Translations under genes and position numbers: made by a program
Notes under the pieces: model-generated
Databases searched by the model: none
Seen by the model: the letters and a program-made list of their open reading frames with translations, nothing else
What the model was told of the DNA's origin: nothing
Part shown: in pieces, positions 44,055 through 55,800 of the stretch
Numbering within the stretch: position 1 is the stretch's first letter
How the letters are laid out: every line of letters begins with the position of its first letter
From: a virus
Taxonomy: Duplodnaviria > Caudoviricetes
Direction: 5' to 3' (one strand)
Length of the DNA: 64,000 bases
Virus record (IMG/VR): IMGVR_UViG_3300033075_001053
Span: 1 to 64,000 of that record

Positions 44055-47000
44055 CAAACAGGTCATATTTCCCAACCTGGGACTTGCGATGAATCCTCAG
44101 CCTGATGCCATTCAGGATGGACAGGCCTCTGATATGTTGAACCTGCGCTTTAACAAGCTCGGGTATATGGTCAACCGCAATGGAGTGAAGGCATTTGACT
44201 TTGTGGAAGAAGTGATCCCGGTTGCCTCGTCTCTTACAGAAAAGACACACGGGGCTATGCAGGTCGGTGAGTTTATTCTGTCTCATAAGGTGATTGATTA
44301 CGTGACTTTTACCTGGGCGCATGATCTTTCGGACAATCAACTTCGTGCTGGTGCGGTTCGAATTGAAGATCACGATGAGACGGCAGAAATCTCCTATCCG
44401 GAATTCGACAGATTTATGGTCTTTGCTCTTCGCAACGAAGGCAATCTGATGAATCTGTATCTCGTTCCCTTGGTTCCGTTCGAGCCGGGGAATTATTTAT
44501 CGAATCAGAAGTCAGACATACGAGTTTCGATCTATGCCAACAACAATGACATTGCATTCTTCTGTGCTCCTGAAACGCCGGAAGGTAACGCTAAAGGTCC
44601 CATGCTCGCTCCGTCGCGCAGACTCAGTCGCAGCATTGACGGAAGTTGGATTGACGAGAACGGTACGATAGATGATCTTAATTGGATTGATCACTACATT
44701 GATTTCATTCAGTACAACAAGTCCTTTATCATCTGCGACCGGACTAACGGTGATATGATCATTCGCGACCGGTGGGATGACACGGAAACAGGAAATGAAA
44801 AGACTCACGACCTGCGACTTCAAGAAAACACAAAGGCATTCTTTGATATTGACTGTGTTCGTTTCGACCCACGAGTGGGGGAGGGAGAACAGAACGCTTC
44901 AGGAGTAGAACACGGAATGGCTTTGTATCACTTCTACCTCAAGCGCAAGCGAGCTCTGACGACCGTTGATAATGTTACCGATGGATTTATTAATCAGAGC
45001 GGAGACAAGCCGTCGTTTACAGAGGTTGACGACGGGACGGACAAGTACTTTGATATCGGGACAGAAATGACCCAACGTCTGCATAGATCAAATGCGTTTG
45101 CTCGTGGGTTTACGTCTGATGTGAAAAACAATGACGGCAATCATTTTGATGGACTGTTCAAAGCTTTACTTGTCAACAAGCAAAAAGACTATGTATTCTC
45201 AAGCTACAAAGAAGAAACTGAAATAGACAGTCTTTTAGATGCTGCAACTCTTTACAACCCAGAGAATCCTCGCAAGTTCGACGAGAACGGAGCCGAGATA
45301 ATTAATATTGCTTCTGATGTTTATATCTGGAATGATTTAAGACTGACGTATTATCCGTGCTCCGGCAAAGACGAGGGCGAAATCTATCTTCGAGACTACG
45401 ACAGAGAGTTCAGTAAGAAGGTTCCAATCAACCCGAGAATTGTAAAGCTCAAAACCAGACTCGGCATAGAACAGACCATTCCTCTTGGTGTGTGGGGCTA
45501 CCGGTTTGTGTGGGATATGGGCAACGGAGAGTACTCGGCTCCGTCGACCGTCATGCAGATCCCCGATAAACTGTGGTCTGCAATTCCTGATGATGAAATT
45601 TTAGATTACGGTGACGAGTATCATCGTTACTACACCTACTCTGGAACCGGAGGGGAGAGCGGCTGGGAGGAAAGATCCTCTGCCGATGGGAATTGGAGCC
45701 CGGGGATTTCCAATTTGACTGCCAATGCTATCTATACGGCAGCCTACAACAAGATCCGCCAGAAGCTTTACAATCAGCCGTTTGGCTACTCTACCAATAC
45801 AGCGATTGAGCAAACCCTAATTACGGTTTATCATCATTCTGATGAGTTAATACTTGATGGGGTAATTGCCGAGAGTGCGTATCTGTCAATGGAGTGTGAT
45901 GAAGATAATTGGAAGCTCAATAAAGTATCAATCGATTGGACTTTCCAACACAAACTTGCCATTCCGTTGGTTACACAAGATGGTTCGGACTATACACTAA
46001 ATCCAATATTTAATGCACGACAGAGCCTAACTTTCGATAGCAATGGGTTTATGCGGCGGTCTCTTAGTCCACAAGACACAATTGATTTTGAAATAATCCT
46101 GCCGGGCGACAGTATGAATTTCGGCCCAGGGATGGGAGATGTTGGGTATGACCTTCTTACGGGATATTGCGAGGTTCAAAGTACAAATGTTTGGTCTGAT
46201 ACTCCGTTCGGAGATGATGGCGAGTCTTTGTGGATGGATCCAGAAGGGATTCGCAGTCATGAGCCCGAGCGCACACGGCACCTTCAGGCTATTTCTCTGC
46301 AAAGCAACTTCTACTTTAATCTTGTTAGGAACAAAAGCACAGACTTCAATGGCAACAGTGCTATAGAACAGCCAACTATCTGCCGTTTTGTGAAAGAGCA
46401 AGACAAACGATTGTCATGGACAAAGATCGATGCCGATCCAGATGTGGTGTCAAGACTGATTAATACCGGAGTTGCAGAGTTTATCCTTGCTCAGAATGGC
46501 GATAAGGGTGTTTTAGCTAATGAGGTATGGTGGAGAGATTTGGTAGCGGGAGTAAGTCAAAGACAATATCGGGACCTATTGCAGTACGGATATGATCGTG
46601 AGTGGTCATTGACCGGAACGAATGATGGCGCTTTGGACCGCGGGCAAATTGTGAATATTACCAGCGGATCATACAAGCCTCATACTGCAGGAGTTCTTTG
46701 TTTGTACGACAGTTTTATCCAGCGGTTTTTCAAAAGAGATACCGGAAGCTTTACAGCCGACTATAACATGCGGGCTGGAAACGCATACACAATCAATGTT
46801 GAGCACATTCCTCAGCCGCCTCCCGATCCTCCTAAACACCCGGAGGATCCTACGATTGACAACCTTACGGTTGCCATGTATTTGCCGGGCGAACGCCTGA
46901 TGATCCCTGAACAGCTCACGGCGTACTTCCCGTCGTCGCACTTGTTCAACGCTCCGAAGGCATACTTCAAAATTGACGGGAAGGACATTCCTTCTCGCGC

Positions 47001-49617
47001 TAAACGGCTCTTGATCTACCGTACGCTTTGTTCGCACGACAATCAGTGGCAGCCGGATAGTTTTGGGTACGTTGACGCGGTCGCAGTCAATCGCGAGGAG
47101 ACGTTAGACTTTGTTGCTTCTGGTATTCCGTCAAAGGTATCGGTTCTGAAGACCAATGTTGCTGAGGATCTGACGTACTTTGATGAGAAGAAAGATACAG
47201 ATCTTGACTTCACCAAGAACCCTAATGATCACGATGGTTTAATTCACCCATTGCAAAGCCGGTTCGGACTCCCGCTGAACGAGCGGATGTACTACGCGCA
47301 CTTCAAGGAGACCTATCAACCCTACTCTCCGAGAGCGTTTGTTGTCAATGACTATCAGGACAACACAGCAGGGTCGGGTACGCTACAGCCGTCTTCTCCG
47401 GCGACCTCTCTTCACCCGCAATCACTCATTCCTATGCCAATGGAGATTGTGGTCAATGTTCAAAGTGGAACATTCGTAGAAGGAGAAACGATTACTGGAG
47501 CTACGAGTGGGGCCACGGCTACCATTTGGAAGATCTACGGCAATTTGTTTCAACTCAAGGATATTGTTGGAGCCTTTAAGGACGATGGGTCGGTCGAAGT
47601 CATCAACGGCGGGACATCTGGAGCTCAAGGGTGGATTGCCAACACTGACCAAACTCTAAGTGGGTTCAAGTACTACTATCACCGCTGGCCTCAGCTTTCC
47701 TTCAACAGTGTTTGGAGGGAGCTTAAAGCTCATGATACGGAAGACAATCGTAAGGCCGGGTACTCCCCGATGTTCCAAGGGAAGATTTTCCAGTACTTTG
47801 TTGTATTCAAGGACAAGATCGGAGAATTCTCTGCGATTAAGGGGGACAACGACGATCCTCTTACCGCCTCTCCTCTTCTTGGTTATCCTGATTACGAAGG
47901 ACAGGTGCCAACGCATTTCATTCAAGCGGACTTTTCTGCCGTGACCTCTGGTACTTTAGGAGCTGTGGCGTTTTGTTTAACCGGATATCCGTATCAGGAC
48001 ATTTACGAAGAGTGTGAAATCTACCGCTCGGATGTAACTAATGGCCCTGGGACAAACAAGTACTACAAGATCGGTCACATCAAAGCCAGCGACGAAGGGA
48101 TTTTCATCGACACCGGAATACCAAATGGTTTACCGTGGGACAAGTATGATCCTGATCTTGCAAACTATCCTATTAGTCCGCCGATGATAGAGGACTACCG
48201 TGACTCTGTCAGATGGAGCGAGGTTTATAGTCCGTCGGAAATCAAACTTGAATCCGTGGAATCTTTTCTTATCGGTAACGGAGACGGGATTACCGGTATT
48301 GCTCCGATTGATGGCTCTCTTCTGATCTTCAAGGAACGGTCGGTAATTCGCGCTATGACCGGTGGAGGGGTGGATATCACCCGCCGGGATATCATATCGA
48401 ATCAGTATGGATGTATCGCGCCGGAGACCATTGTCCCCTACAACGAGCACGTCTACTTTCTCTCGTGGTTTGGTCTGATGAGATACAACAACAATGAGAT
48501 TGTCAAAGCCGATGGAGCCTTCTCCTACGAGCTTGACCGGCGTCTGAGAAACCAGATCGACGGTATCCGCGACCCGGCTATTCGAGACGCTTCGTGTACC
48601 CTTAACCCGGTGTACAAGGAATTGTATCTCAATATCCCTACTGCTCCCGATCCTACGTATGATGTAGAGAACAAGGGAACGAAAGGACATATCTACGTCA
48701 TCAATCTTGAAACGAATCTTGTAACAAAGTTTGGCTATGAAACAGGAGACACAGACCGGCCTCGTACCGGGAATCCGGAGTATTGGTCGGAAGGACCGAT
48801 CCCGAGATATCAAGCCGGCGAAACAGTTGACCCTACGACTGGAACGTGGCCTCGCTCCCAGGGACGTTTATATTACGCAAACTCATACGGACAGCTCTGG
48901 AGTGCAGATATTCTTCCGCGCAATCAAAAGTCTCTTATTTGGATTACCGATCTCATTTTTCAAACGGGTGGTCCGGGTCTTCAAGTCGGAGAAATTGTAG
49001 ACGGGCTTGTTTCTGCAGCCGTCGGGAAAGTTTATGATGTAACAGGCAATGACATTGACGGATACAAGGTTCACGTTCTGATTCTCAACAAGAAGTTCAA
49101 CACTACAGGCGTGGAAAGACTTCGCGGACGTACGACTCAGGCAGAAGTTGATGTCAACTTTCTTGGCGATATCGATTACACCGAAGGAACTTCAAGCTAT
49201 GTATACCTGGAGGCTCCGACTGATCTGGAGACTGACGACTACCAACCTGGAATTGATATTGATGGGACTCCAATGCCGGGACCGTTGCTGGTGCGGGGGC
49301 TTATCCAAACGTGGTTTAGAACCAAAGCCTTTAACATGGGTGATCCTTCACAACTCAAACGAGTGTGGAAGGTTTATGCTGAGGTGGTGGCCGGGAAGAA
49401 CATTCGCATCACCATGGAGGCTGATAACAGTGAGTATGACAATGATCAAAGAAGCGGTGGTGGCTTTGGAGATGTTGGTAAGTTGGAGTTTGTTCCGCCG
49501 TTCAAGGAGGGCGTAGATCGTGGCGAAAGGATTACTTTTGAAGTTGCTTCTCGTGGCATCACTGAGATCCAGAACATGTCGTTCATTTGGAAAACACCTA
49601 ATCCGTATTACAGATAA
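44044..49617 (+). CDS. large tail stabilisation / nozzle (P22 gp10-like or muzzle-like) protein
   Basis: N-terminal LGL...PD.I.DG.A.DMLNLRF; propeller-type GDGITGI...LLIFKERS...YGCIAPETI...VYFLS.FGL. Confidence 0.75.
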   Translation: MASNKQVIFPNLGLAMNPQPDAIQDGQASDMLNLRFNKLGYMVNRNGVKAFDFVEEVIPVASSLTEKTHGAMQVGEFILSHKVIDYVTFTWAHDLSDNQLRAGAVRIEDHDETAEISYPEFDRFMVFALRNEGNLMNLYLVPLVPFEPGNYLSNQKSDIRVSIYANNNDIAFFCAPETPEGNAKGPMLAPSRRLSRSIDGSWIDENGTIDDLNWIDHYIDFIQYNKSFIICDRTNGDMIIRDRWDDTETGNEKTHDLRLQENTKAFFDIDCVRFDPRVGEGEQNASGVEHGMALYHFYLKRKRALTTVDNVTDGFINQSGDKPSFTEVDDGTDKYFDIGTEMTQRLHRSNAFARGFTSDVKNNDGNHFDGLFKALLVNKQKDYVFSSYKEETEIDSLLDAATLYNPENPRKFDENGAEIINIASDVYIWNDLRLTYYPCSGKDEGEIYLRDYDREFSKKVPINPRIVKLKTRLGIEQTIPLGVWGYRFVWDMGNGEYSAPSTVMQIPDKLWSAIPDDEILDYGDEYHRYYTYSGTGGESGWEERSSADGNWSPGISNLTANAIYTAAYNKIRQKLYNQPFGYSTNTAIEQTLITVYHHSDELILDGVIAESAYLSMECDEDNWKLNKVSIDWTFQHKLAIPLVTQDGSDYTLNPIFNARQSLTFDSNGFMRRSLSPQDTIDFEIILPGDSMNFGPGMGDVGYDLLTGYCEVQSTNVWSDTPFGDDGESLWMDPEGIRSHEPERTRHLQAISLQSNFYFNLVRNKSTDFNGNSAIEQPTICRFVKEQDKRLSWTKIDADPDVVSRLINTGVAEFILAQNGDKGVLANEVWWRDLVAGVSQRQYRDLLQYGYDREWSLTGTNDGALDRGQIVNITSGSYKPHTAGVLCLYDSFIQRFFKRDTGSFTADYNMRAGNAYTINVEHIPQPPPDPPKHPEDPTIDNLTVAMYLPGERLMIPEQLTAYFPSSHLFNAPKAYFKIDGKDIPSRAKRLLIYRTLCSHDNQWQPDSFGYVDAVAVNREETLDFVASGIPSKVSVLKTNVAEDLTYFDEKKDTDLDFTKNPNDHDGLIHPLQSRFGLPLNERMYYAHFKETYQPYSPRAFVVNDYQDNTAGSGTLQPSSPATSLHPQSLIPMPMEIVVNVQSGTFVEGETITGATSGATATIWKIYGNLFQLKDIVGAFKDDGSVEVINGGTSGAQGWIANTDQTLSGFKYYYHRWPQLSFNSVWRELKAHDTEDNRKAGYSPMFQGKIFQYFVVFKDKIGEFSAIKGDNDDPLTASPLLGYPDYEGQVPTHFIQADFSAVTSGTLGAVAFCLTGYPYQDIYEECEIYRSDVTNGPGTNKYYKIGHIKASDEGIFIDTGIPNGLPWDKYDPDLANYPISPPMIEDYRDSVRWSEVYSPSEIKLESVESFLIGNGDGITGIAPIDGSLLIFKERSVIRAMTGGGVDITRRDIISNQYGCIAPETIVPYNEHVYFLSWFGLMRYNNNEIVKADGAFSYELDRRLRNQIDGIRDPAIRDASCTLNPVYKELYLNIPTAPDPTYDVENKGTKGHIYVINLETNLVTKFGYETGDTDRPRTGNPEYWSEGPIPRYQAGETVDPTTGTWPRSQGRLYYANSYGQLWSADILPRNQKSLIWITDLIFQTGGPGLQVGEIVDGLVSAAVGKVYDVTGNDIDGYKVHVLILNKKFNTTGVERLRGRTTQAEVDVNFLGDIDYTEGTSSYVYLEAPTDLETDDYQPGIDIDGTPMPGPLLVRGLIQTWFRTKAFNMGDPSQLKRVWKVYAEVVAGKNIRITMEADNSEYDNDQRSGGGFGDVGKLEFVPPFKEGVDRGERITFEVASRGITEIQNMSFIWKTPNPYYR

Positions 49618-50165
49618 TGGCTGAAACCCAGAAACTAAAAGCAAGATGGCTTCGAGATGGCCTCTACGACCAGATCATCAAAGGGTACGGAATAGATATT
49701 GGCTGTGGCAGAATTGATGCTTTTGACGGGGCGGATCCGATTGCCCTGGAGAACTGTGTTCACCACGATAAGGATATTTGCGACGCGCACACGATGTCGG
49801 TCTTTGAGGACAATACCTTTGATTACGTATACGCAAGTCACGTCATCGAGCACCTGAAGGATCCACGCAAGGCGGTAAAGAATTGGGTTCGCATCTGCAA
49901 ACCAGGAGGGAAGATTATCATCTACGCTCCTCACAGAGATTTGTACGAAGGGAAGAAGACTCTTCCGAGTGTGTGGAATGCTGATCACAAATACTTCTTT
50001 CTCCCTGACAAGTCTGAGATGCCGTGCACGCTTTCGCTTGCCGACGTTCTGAAGGACTGCGGGGCTACAGTTGATTGGATCAAGGAGTGTAGTGAAGGCT
50101 GGTCTAAGGAAGAAGGACAACATGCAACAGGTGAATATTCAATCGAGGCTGTGCTAACGAAATGA
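49617..50165 (+). CDS. class I SAM-dependent methyltransferase
   Basis: IDIGCG motif I; FDYVYASHVIEHL; RICKPGG. Confidence 0.88.
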   Translation: MAETQKLKARWLRDGLYDQIIKGYGIDIGCGRIDAFDGADPIALENCVHHDKDICDAHTMSVFEDNTFDYVYASHVIEHLKDPRKAVKNWVRICKPGGKIIIYAPHRDLYEGKKTLPSVWNADHKYFFLPDKSEMPCTLSLADVLKDCGATVDWIKECSEGWSKEEGQHATGEYSIEAVLTK

Positions 50166-50500
50166 GACTATCCCCAGGAGACAGAATCGTACTTTATCTG
50201 GCAGACAAACCTTTAATAAGGGCGACGATTTTGCGTACCAACTATGAGTACGCCTATGCAAACGGGCTGCGGTTTGACTCTCAGATTCACGAGGGGGGGG
50301 TGCTTCGGATGCACAACAAGCCTGGACAAAACGAAACCATTCGTCGAAGCTGGAGGATTTACAAAGACAATCCCTCCTATCAGTGGCGAAAAGACGATGG
50401 GGTGGACACCATGGTAGCCTCACGCGAACAGTATGTCTCTGTCCTTAACGCAGTTATGGAGGAACGTCGTCAAAAACTCATGGACTCAGATCTCTTGTAA
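50162..50500 (+). CDS. hypothetical protein
   Basis: 112-aa coupled ORF. Confidence 0.65.
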   Translation: MRLSPGDRIVLYLADKPLIRATILRTNYEYAYANGLRFDSQIHEGGVLRMHNKPGQNETIRRSWRIYKDNPSYQWRKDDGVDTMVASREQYVSVLNAVMEERRQKLMDSDLL

Positions 50501-50536
50501 GCGACGTATTTTTGGTATAACTATTTGGGATATCCT

Positions 50537-52816
50537 ATGTTGCCAGAAGTAATGCCACCGCCAGAAAAGAAAACCCCGGTTGATCCACTCAACTTGTGGG
50601 CAGAGCACTATGATCAGAATCTTGCTCTGATGGATCAAAACAATCCCGACAAGAAGGTTCCGCAGTCAGCCAAACAAAATGTGCCCGATGGTACCAACAT
50701 GTCCGCTACAGAATGGAAACCGGAAGTTGCCCCGACCCCGGACGTTGTGTACGACCCGAAGACCAACCAAACATCGAAGCCGGCGGAAGTTACTCAAGCA
50801 CAAGGAAGTCTTCTCAAAAAGATTAACGACGGAGAGTACAAGACACCCTACGGATACACAATCTTTCGTAAAGCTGATGGGAATGTGTACTATAGAGATG
50901 ATAATGGAGAAGAATTTCGTCCTGGTGACACGCCGGAAAATGACGAGATTATTGCAGCTTTTGAAAAAGCCAATCCTCTAAAACCCCTGGCCGTTCCGAA
51001 AGGCCGGGACGGGGCACTATACACTCCGGTTAAAATCGGCGATAAAGAACAGCACTTACGTTACAGTGATGGGAATCTTATTTCCTACGACCCCGCCAGA
51101 GGGCCTGTTGTGCTGAACGGATCTTCTATTATGTCCGCCGATCCTAAGATCAAAGAGATGTACGCCGCTGGTCTTAAAGAAGACGATAAGAAATATGGGT
51201 ATGAGGGGACTAATTGGGAGGACTATACAGCAGATCACGTTGACTGGACGAAGTATCAGACCAACCCTGATTATGCAAAGAAACTCATTGGGCAGACATT
51301 AGGCAACCCGATGACTTGGGAAGAGAATTATAATGCGATGGTCGATCACGTCTATGAAAATGTCTTCAAGCCACAAGTAGACGAGCAGATTAAACTCAAT
51401 GAAAGACTGGTCGCTGAGGCCAATAATACCACTTCGGGAGTGCAGGACCCAAATCCTACTCCTGGGGTATTAAAATCCGGGCAGTCTATCAGCAACACAA
51501 CATCCGAGAAGGAAGCCAACACCTTACAGGAAAAGAAGCTCTCTTATTTTCAAGCTCGTCAGAATGCAGAGATGCAAGTAATGGCTGACTTTGCTGCGAA
51601 TAATATGGGCAAAGAGCAGCTCGGAGAAAAAGGAAAAGAAGTTGCTGCCGATGTTATGAAGAAGTGGAACACAGACACCTTTCTTAATACACTAAATGGT
51701 GTGGCCCAAAGCGACTTAAACCCACAAGAGAAAAAAGCTTTACTTAATCAGCTTAATCAGAAGTTCAAACCAAATGTAATTCGGCAAGAATTCATGATGA
51801 ACGGCGGGAAGTCGCCCGATCCGGAGGCGTGGAATAAGTTTGTAGACGACAAGCTCGGCCCGATTGCGAAATTAATGGGATATGACCCTGAAGATCTGCG
51901 GATGAAGGTAAGAGGAACTGATGTAGGATCCAGCGTTCCGGACGCCTTTGTGATGAACCGACATTTCTCGAACGAAGGCTACCGGTCGTTCTCCAACAGC
52001 AAACAGCTACAAAATGCGACGTCGAAAAATCCAGGTGTAGCGGGTGCGTGGAACGGCTACACCGGAACCCATGCTTTGCTTAAGACGGCGCTCGATGATA
52101 TCTCTACCGCAAGGGTCAATCCTCGCGAACAACAAGGTTTAATTATTGGTCTTCTTGGCCGAGTTACTGATAACAAGGTTGACCCCGTTATGGCTTCAAC
52201 GAAAATAGGAATGGCTATTCGTCAAAATTGGATGAGCCAACCGGAGGCCGAGCGTGAGCAGAGAGCAAAGACCATTATGACTAATGTTGCGATTAATGCG
52301 TACAATAGTGCAAAGAAGCTCATGGATGAAGGCAAGATGACCACGACCGAAGGACAGACGGTGATACAAGGAATGCTTGGTCCTGATTTCAAGCTTTCGA
52401 CCGCTGATCCCAAGAATGCAGCTATAATGCACAAGAACCCTGTAACCCAAGATTATGAGGTAGTAACCGCCGATCATCTTGGCCAAACGATTAACGATCT
52501 GTATCGAACAACCGCCAACGGATCACACAATACAGGAGCCGTAATTGCCAGAGCGGCCCAGATGTTCGCTAAGACAGGAGATATTGACGACGGCTTTATT
52601 CAAAGTGGTGGGCACTTGATTCTCAAACCACTTGCTGCGGAGTTCAAAGAGGTAGTTAAAAACACTCCGGAGATGAAACAAATCGGCAGCAAGATCAGCG
52701 CCGGAGCCTTGACCAATTACGGCGGCGATAGAGTTTTGCTCCAACAACAAGCCGAAGAGGCGGCGGCGCAGGCAGCTCTCGGACAGATGTCTAAAGTATC
52801 TATGGTTCGACCTTAA
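50537..52816 (+). CDS. probable internal virion / ejection protein
   Basis: About 760 aa, helical, no Cys; precedes the giant protein. Confidence 0.65.
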   Translation: MLPEVMPPPEKKTPVDPLNLWAEHYDQNLALMDQNNPDKKVPQSAKQNVPDGTNMSATEWKPEVAPTPDVVYDPKTNQTSKPAEVTQAQGSLLKKINDGEYKTPYGYTIFRKADGNVYYRDDNGEEFRPGDTPENDEIIAAFEKANPLKPLAVPKGRDGALYTPVKIGDKEQHLRYSDGNLISYDPARGPVVLNGSSIMSADPKIKEMYAAGLKEDDKKYGYEGTNWEDYTADHVDWTKYQTNPDYAKKLIGQTLGNPMTWEENYNAMVDHVYENVFKPQVDEQIKLNERLVAEANNTTSGVQDPNPTPGVLKSGQSISNTTSEKEANTLQEKKLSYFQARQNAEMQVMADFAANNMGKEQLGEKGKEVAADVMKKWNTDTFLNTLNGVAQSDLNPQEKKALLNQLNQKFKPNVIRQEFMMNGGKSPDPEAWNKFVDDKLGPIAKLMGYDPEDLRMKVRGTDVGSSVPDAFVMNRHFSNEGYRSFSNSKQLQNATSKNPGVAGAWNGYTGTHALLKTALDDISTARVNPREQQGLIIGLLGRVTDNKVDPVMASTKIGMAIRQNWMSQPEAEREQRAKTIMTNVAINAYNSAKKLMDEGKMTTTEGQTVIQGMLGPDFKLSTADPKNAAIMHKNPVTQDYEVVTADHLGQTINDLYRTTANGSHNTGAVIARAAQMFAKTGDIDDGFIQSGGHLILKPLAAEFKEVVKNTPEMKQIGSKISAGALTNYGGDRVLLQQQAEEAAAQAALGQMSKVSMVRP

Positions 52817-55800
52817 TGATAGGTGATTATCTCACAGCGGCGTTTCTTGAACAGGTCAAACCAGGTCTGTCCGGGTGGGATGTGCCTAAACAAACCGATG
52901 GTTTCGGTGGTTTCAACGTAAACTCAATTCTTGGCAATCAACAGGACGAGCAGAGAATCCTCGGTACACAGAAAAAGACCGACACTCTTGGCAATATTGG
53001 CTACGGACTTCTTGACGTTCCGCGTAAGGTCGCTGAAGTCGCTGCCGATATTCAGAAGATCCCTTACTTCGGACCGATAGCTTCAGTTCTTTTGGCCTCT
53101 ACAGGAGCGGCTGGCCTTACACAATCAGAGAGAGCCTCATCGTTAATCCGCCGCGCCCAGGACGAAGGTGGGGCAGACAGAAACTCTATTGCCTTTAAGG
53201 TTGGAGAGATGGCTGGTAACGCCACCCTCTTTGCTCTGACAGCCGGAGTGGGAGGCGCGATTGCGGGGTCGGCCTTAGCGGGATCGGCGGCAGCAGAAAC
53301 AATCGGAACAGCAGCTCTCGGGACAAGACTTGGGGGGTACCTCTTCGAAGGATTGGGCGGGGCCGAGTTGACGGCTCACGCTCTGGCCTCTGCAGGGGCA
53401 GGCATGGCCACTACTTCTCTTGGTAATTATGAGGCCGTGAAGTCAGGACAGATGGGACTCGGGGAATTCGCGGCTCAAGCTGCGCTTTCGGCTCCGTTTG
53501 CTATGGTTGGGAACGTCGGAGTAAAGGCTTTCAACGCCGGAGTGGGACTTGGCAATAGACTTGCTTTCATGGGCAAGAACGCTCTTGCAGGAAGTATCGC
53601 CGGTGCAGGCCAGGCGGCCTCAGCCACAGCTCTTTCGGACGTCATTCACGATCAGTCGTTCAGCAATGTTCCTGGTGCAGCGCTTGAAGGCGCGGTCTTT
53701 GGTGCGGCGGGCGGCGGGCTTCTCTCGGCCTTCGGTCGTCGTAATCCACTTCCGGACAAAATCCCTGATGCTGATATTACTCAAGAACCTCCGACAGGAA
53801 TTGCTCCGACTGAAGCTCCGACGCAGCCCAAGGCTCCACAAACGGTCGAGAAGACATTGACCCACGGGGAGGTTGCCGACAAGTTCAACAAGACCTATGA
53901 CATCCTCGGACAGATCGACAAGATGGAATCTGCACCGGAGGGTAATGGTCGGTCGGACAAATTTGTCAAGGGAGTCGAAGATGAGTATGGAGTAAAGAGA
54001 GCTCAAGACGAACCGATCAATGACTGGATGCAGCGTGTGGCCGATAAGTCGGCAGCAGAAGGGGAGACTCCTGAGCTGTTCGGAAGTCGTGTCATGGAGA
54101 TCGCTAAGGGTGTGGCTCCGGCTAAGGAAGCTCCTATTCCTACGGAAGAGCCGATCAAAGGCGAGCCGGTTCAAAAGCCAATTGAAGAGCCAGTTCCAGT
54201 CGAAGAACCTATTAAAGGCGAGCCGGTAAAGCCAGAAGAACCGATTGTCCCGCCGGAACAAATCAAGCCGGTCGAAGAACCAGTCAAGGCCGAGCCGAGA
54301 GATATTGCGGACGTTCTCACGGACATCACTAAAGACGTTGATGATTTAATGTACGGCGGTGGTAGAGAAGAGGTCAACAAGCTTCCAAGTGATCCGGACT
54401 TCATGAAGAAGATGGACGAGGCTCGTAGTATTCTCGATGCTATGCCTGATGGAGTTCGAAAGGAACACTACCGCAAGACGCTTGCTGACATTGAGGAATA
54501 TATTTCAAGACCTCCTAAACCAGTTCAAGAACCAAAGTCGTACGATCCAGAAGAACAGATCCGCAAGGAGCTTAACAATCCTGAGAAGCTAAACTTGCCC
54601 GAACATGAGTTTACCGGAACAAAGGATAACGCCGGCAATCATCACTATGATGATGTGTATGATTTGGCTAAAGACCTTGGTCTTACAGAGACCGGCTACG
54701 CTCCGCTATTCGAGTGGTTGAAAGGCAAGGAAGTAAGAGGAACCGTACTTGGCAAAGCCAAGGGCAGTGTTCGTGGTCAGTACATTATGGGGTGGACCGG
54801 AAGGTACGTGAAGGATCAATTGCCAAGAGGCAGTAATGGATATTTTGAACCCGAACCAAGTAGATCTATTTCTGTTGACAGAGCTACCCCGGCAAGTACT
54901 CTTGTTCATGAGGCCATTCACGCGATTATCGATTTATCAGGAGCAAAGCAAAAGTCAGAATTTCGCCACGAGCTCACCAGAGTCAGATCGGAAGTAACTG
55001 AGGCTATTACCAATAGTCTGAAAAAACTCAAAAATCTTCCAGAACATCCGATTATGGGTTTGGAAGAAGCCGCTCGTATTCGGGCCGAACTACACATGGA
55101 TCCGGAGCTGGCTGCCCATATCCGCGATCAGCTACACGCAAATCCGGAAGAGCTGGTGGCCTGGGTGTTCTCTAACAAAGAGTTTGCCCAATACTTAGAT
55201 ACTATTCCGTCGGACGTTCTTAATCCACAAGGAATGACCGAGACTTTGTGGGGCAGAATCAAGCGAGTCGTTCTTTCCTTCATCGGAAAGGAAACCGGAC
55301 TTAGCGGAACGAAGCTTGACGAGATTATGCTGATCATGGACAAATACGCTGGCATTGACAAAGGTGCCGAAGGTGAGCCATGGAAGTTTGCGACAGTTTC
55401 AGATATGTTAAAGGATTATGGAGTCACAGATGCAGGGACGCAGTACGCAGCAAAGTACAGAAAGAAAGGACCAGATGAAACAGCAGTTGAAGAATGGAAC
55501 AGAAAAGTTAGAGCTGGACAGGCTGACGATGAAGCAAATGCAGGCGGGACTACCGTACCGCCACGCCCGGAAGATAGCCCTGCAGCAGCTAAAACCATCG
55601 ATGAAATTGCCAAGCAGTACGGACTCACAAGAAAAGATGTTCGAGACTTTTTAGACTCGGAAGGGATTCCTTATCCAAAAAGAAAACTCGCCGAGCTTGA
55701 CCCGGAGACTATTGCTAAGATCGCCGACAGATTCGCCGGTAAGGAAAAGACTATTACCGATGATGACATTCTTCCGTACTACGAGGACTTTCAATCCAGA

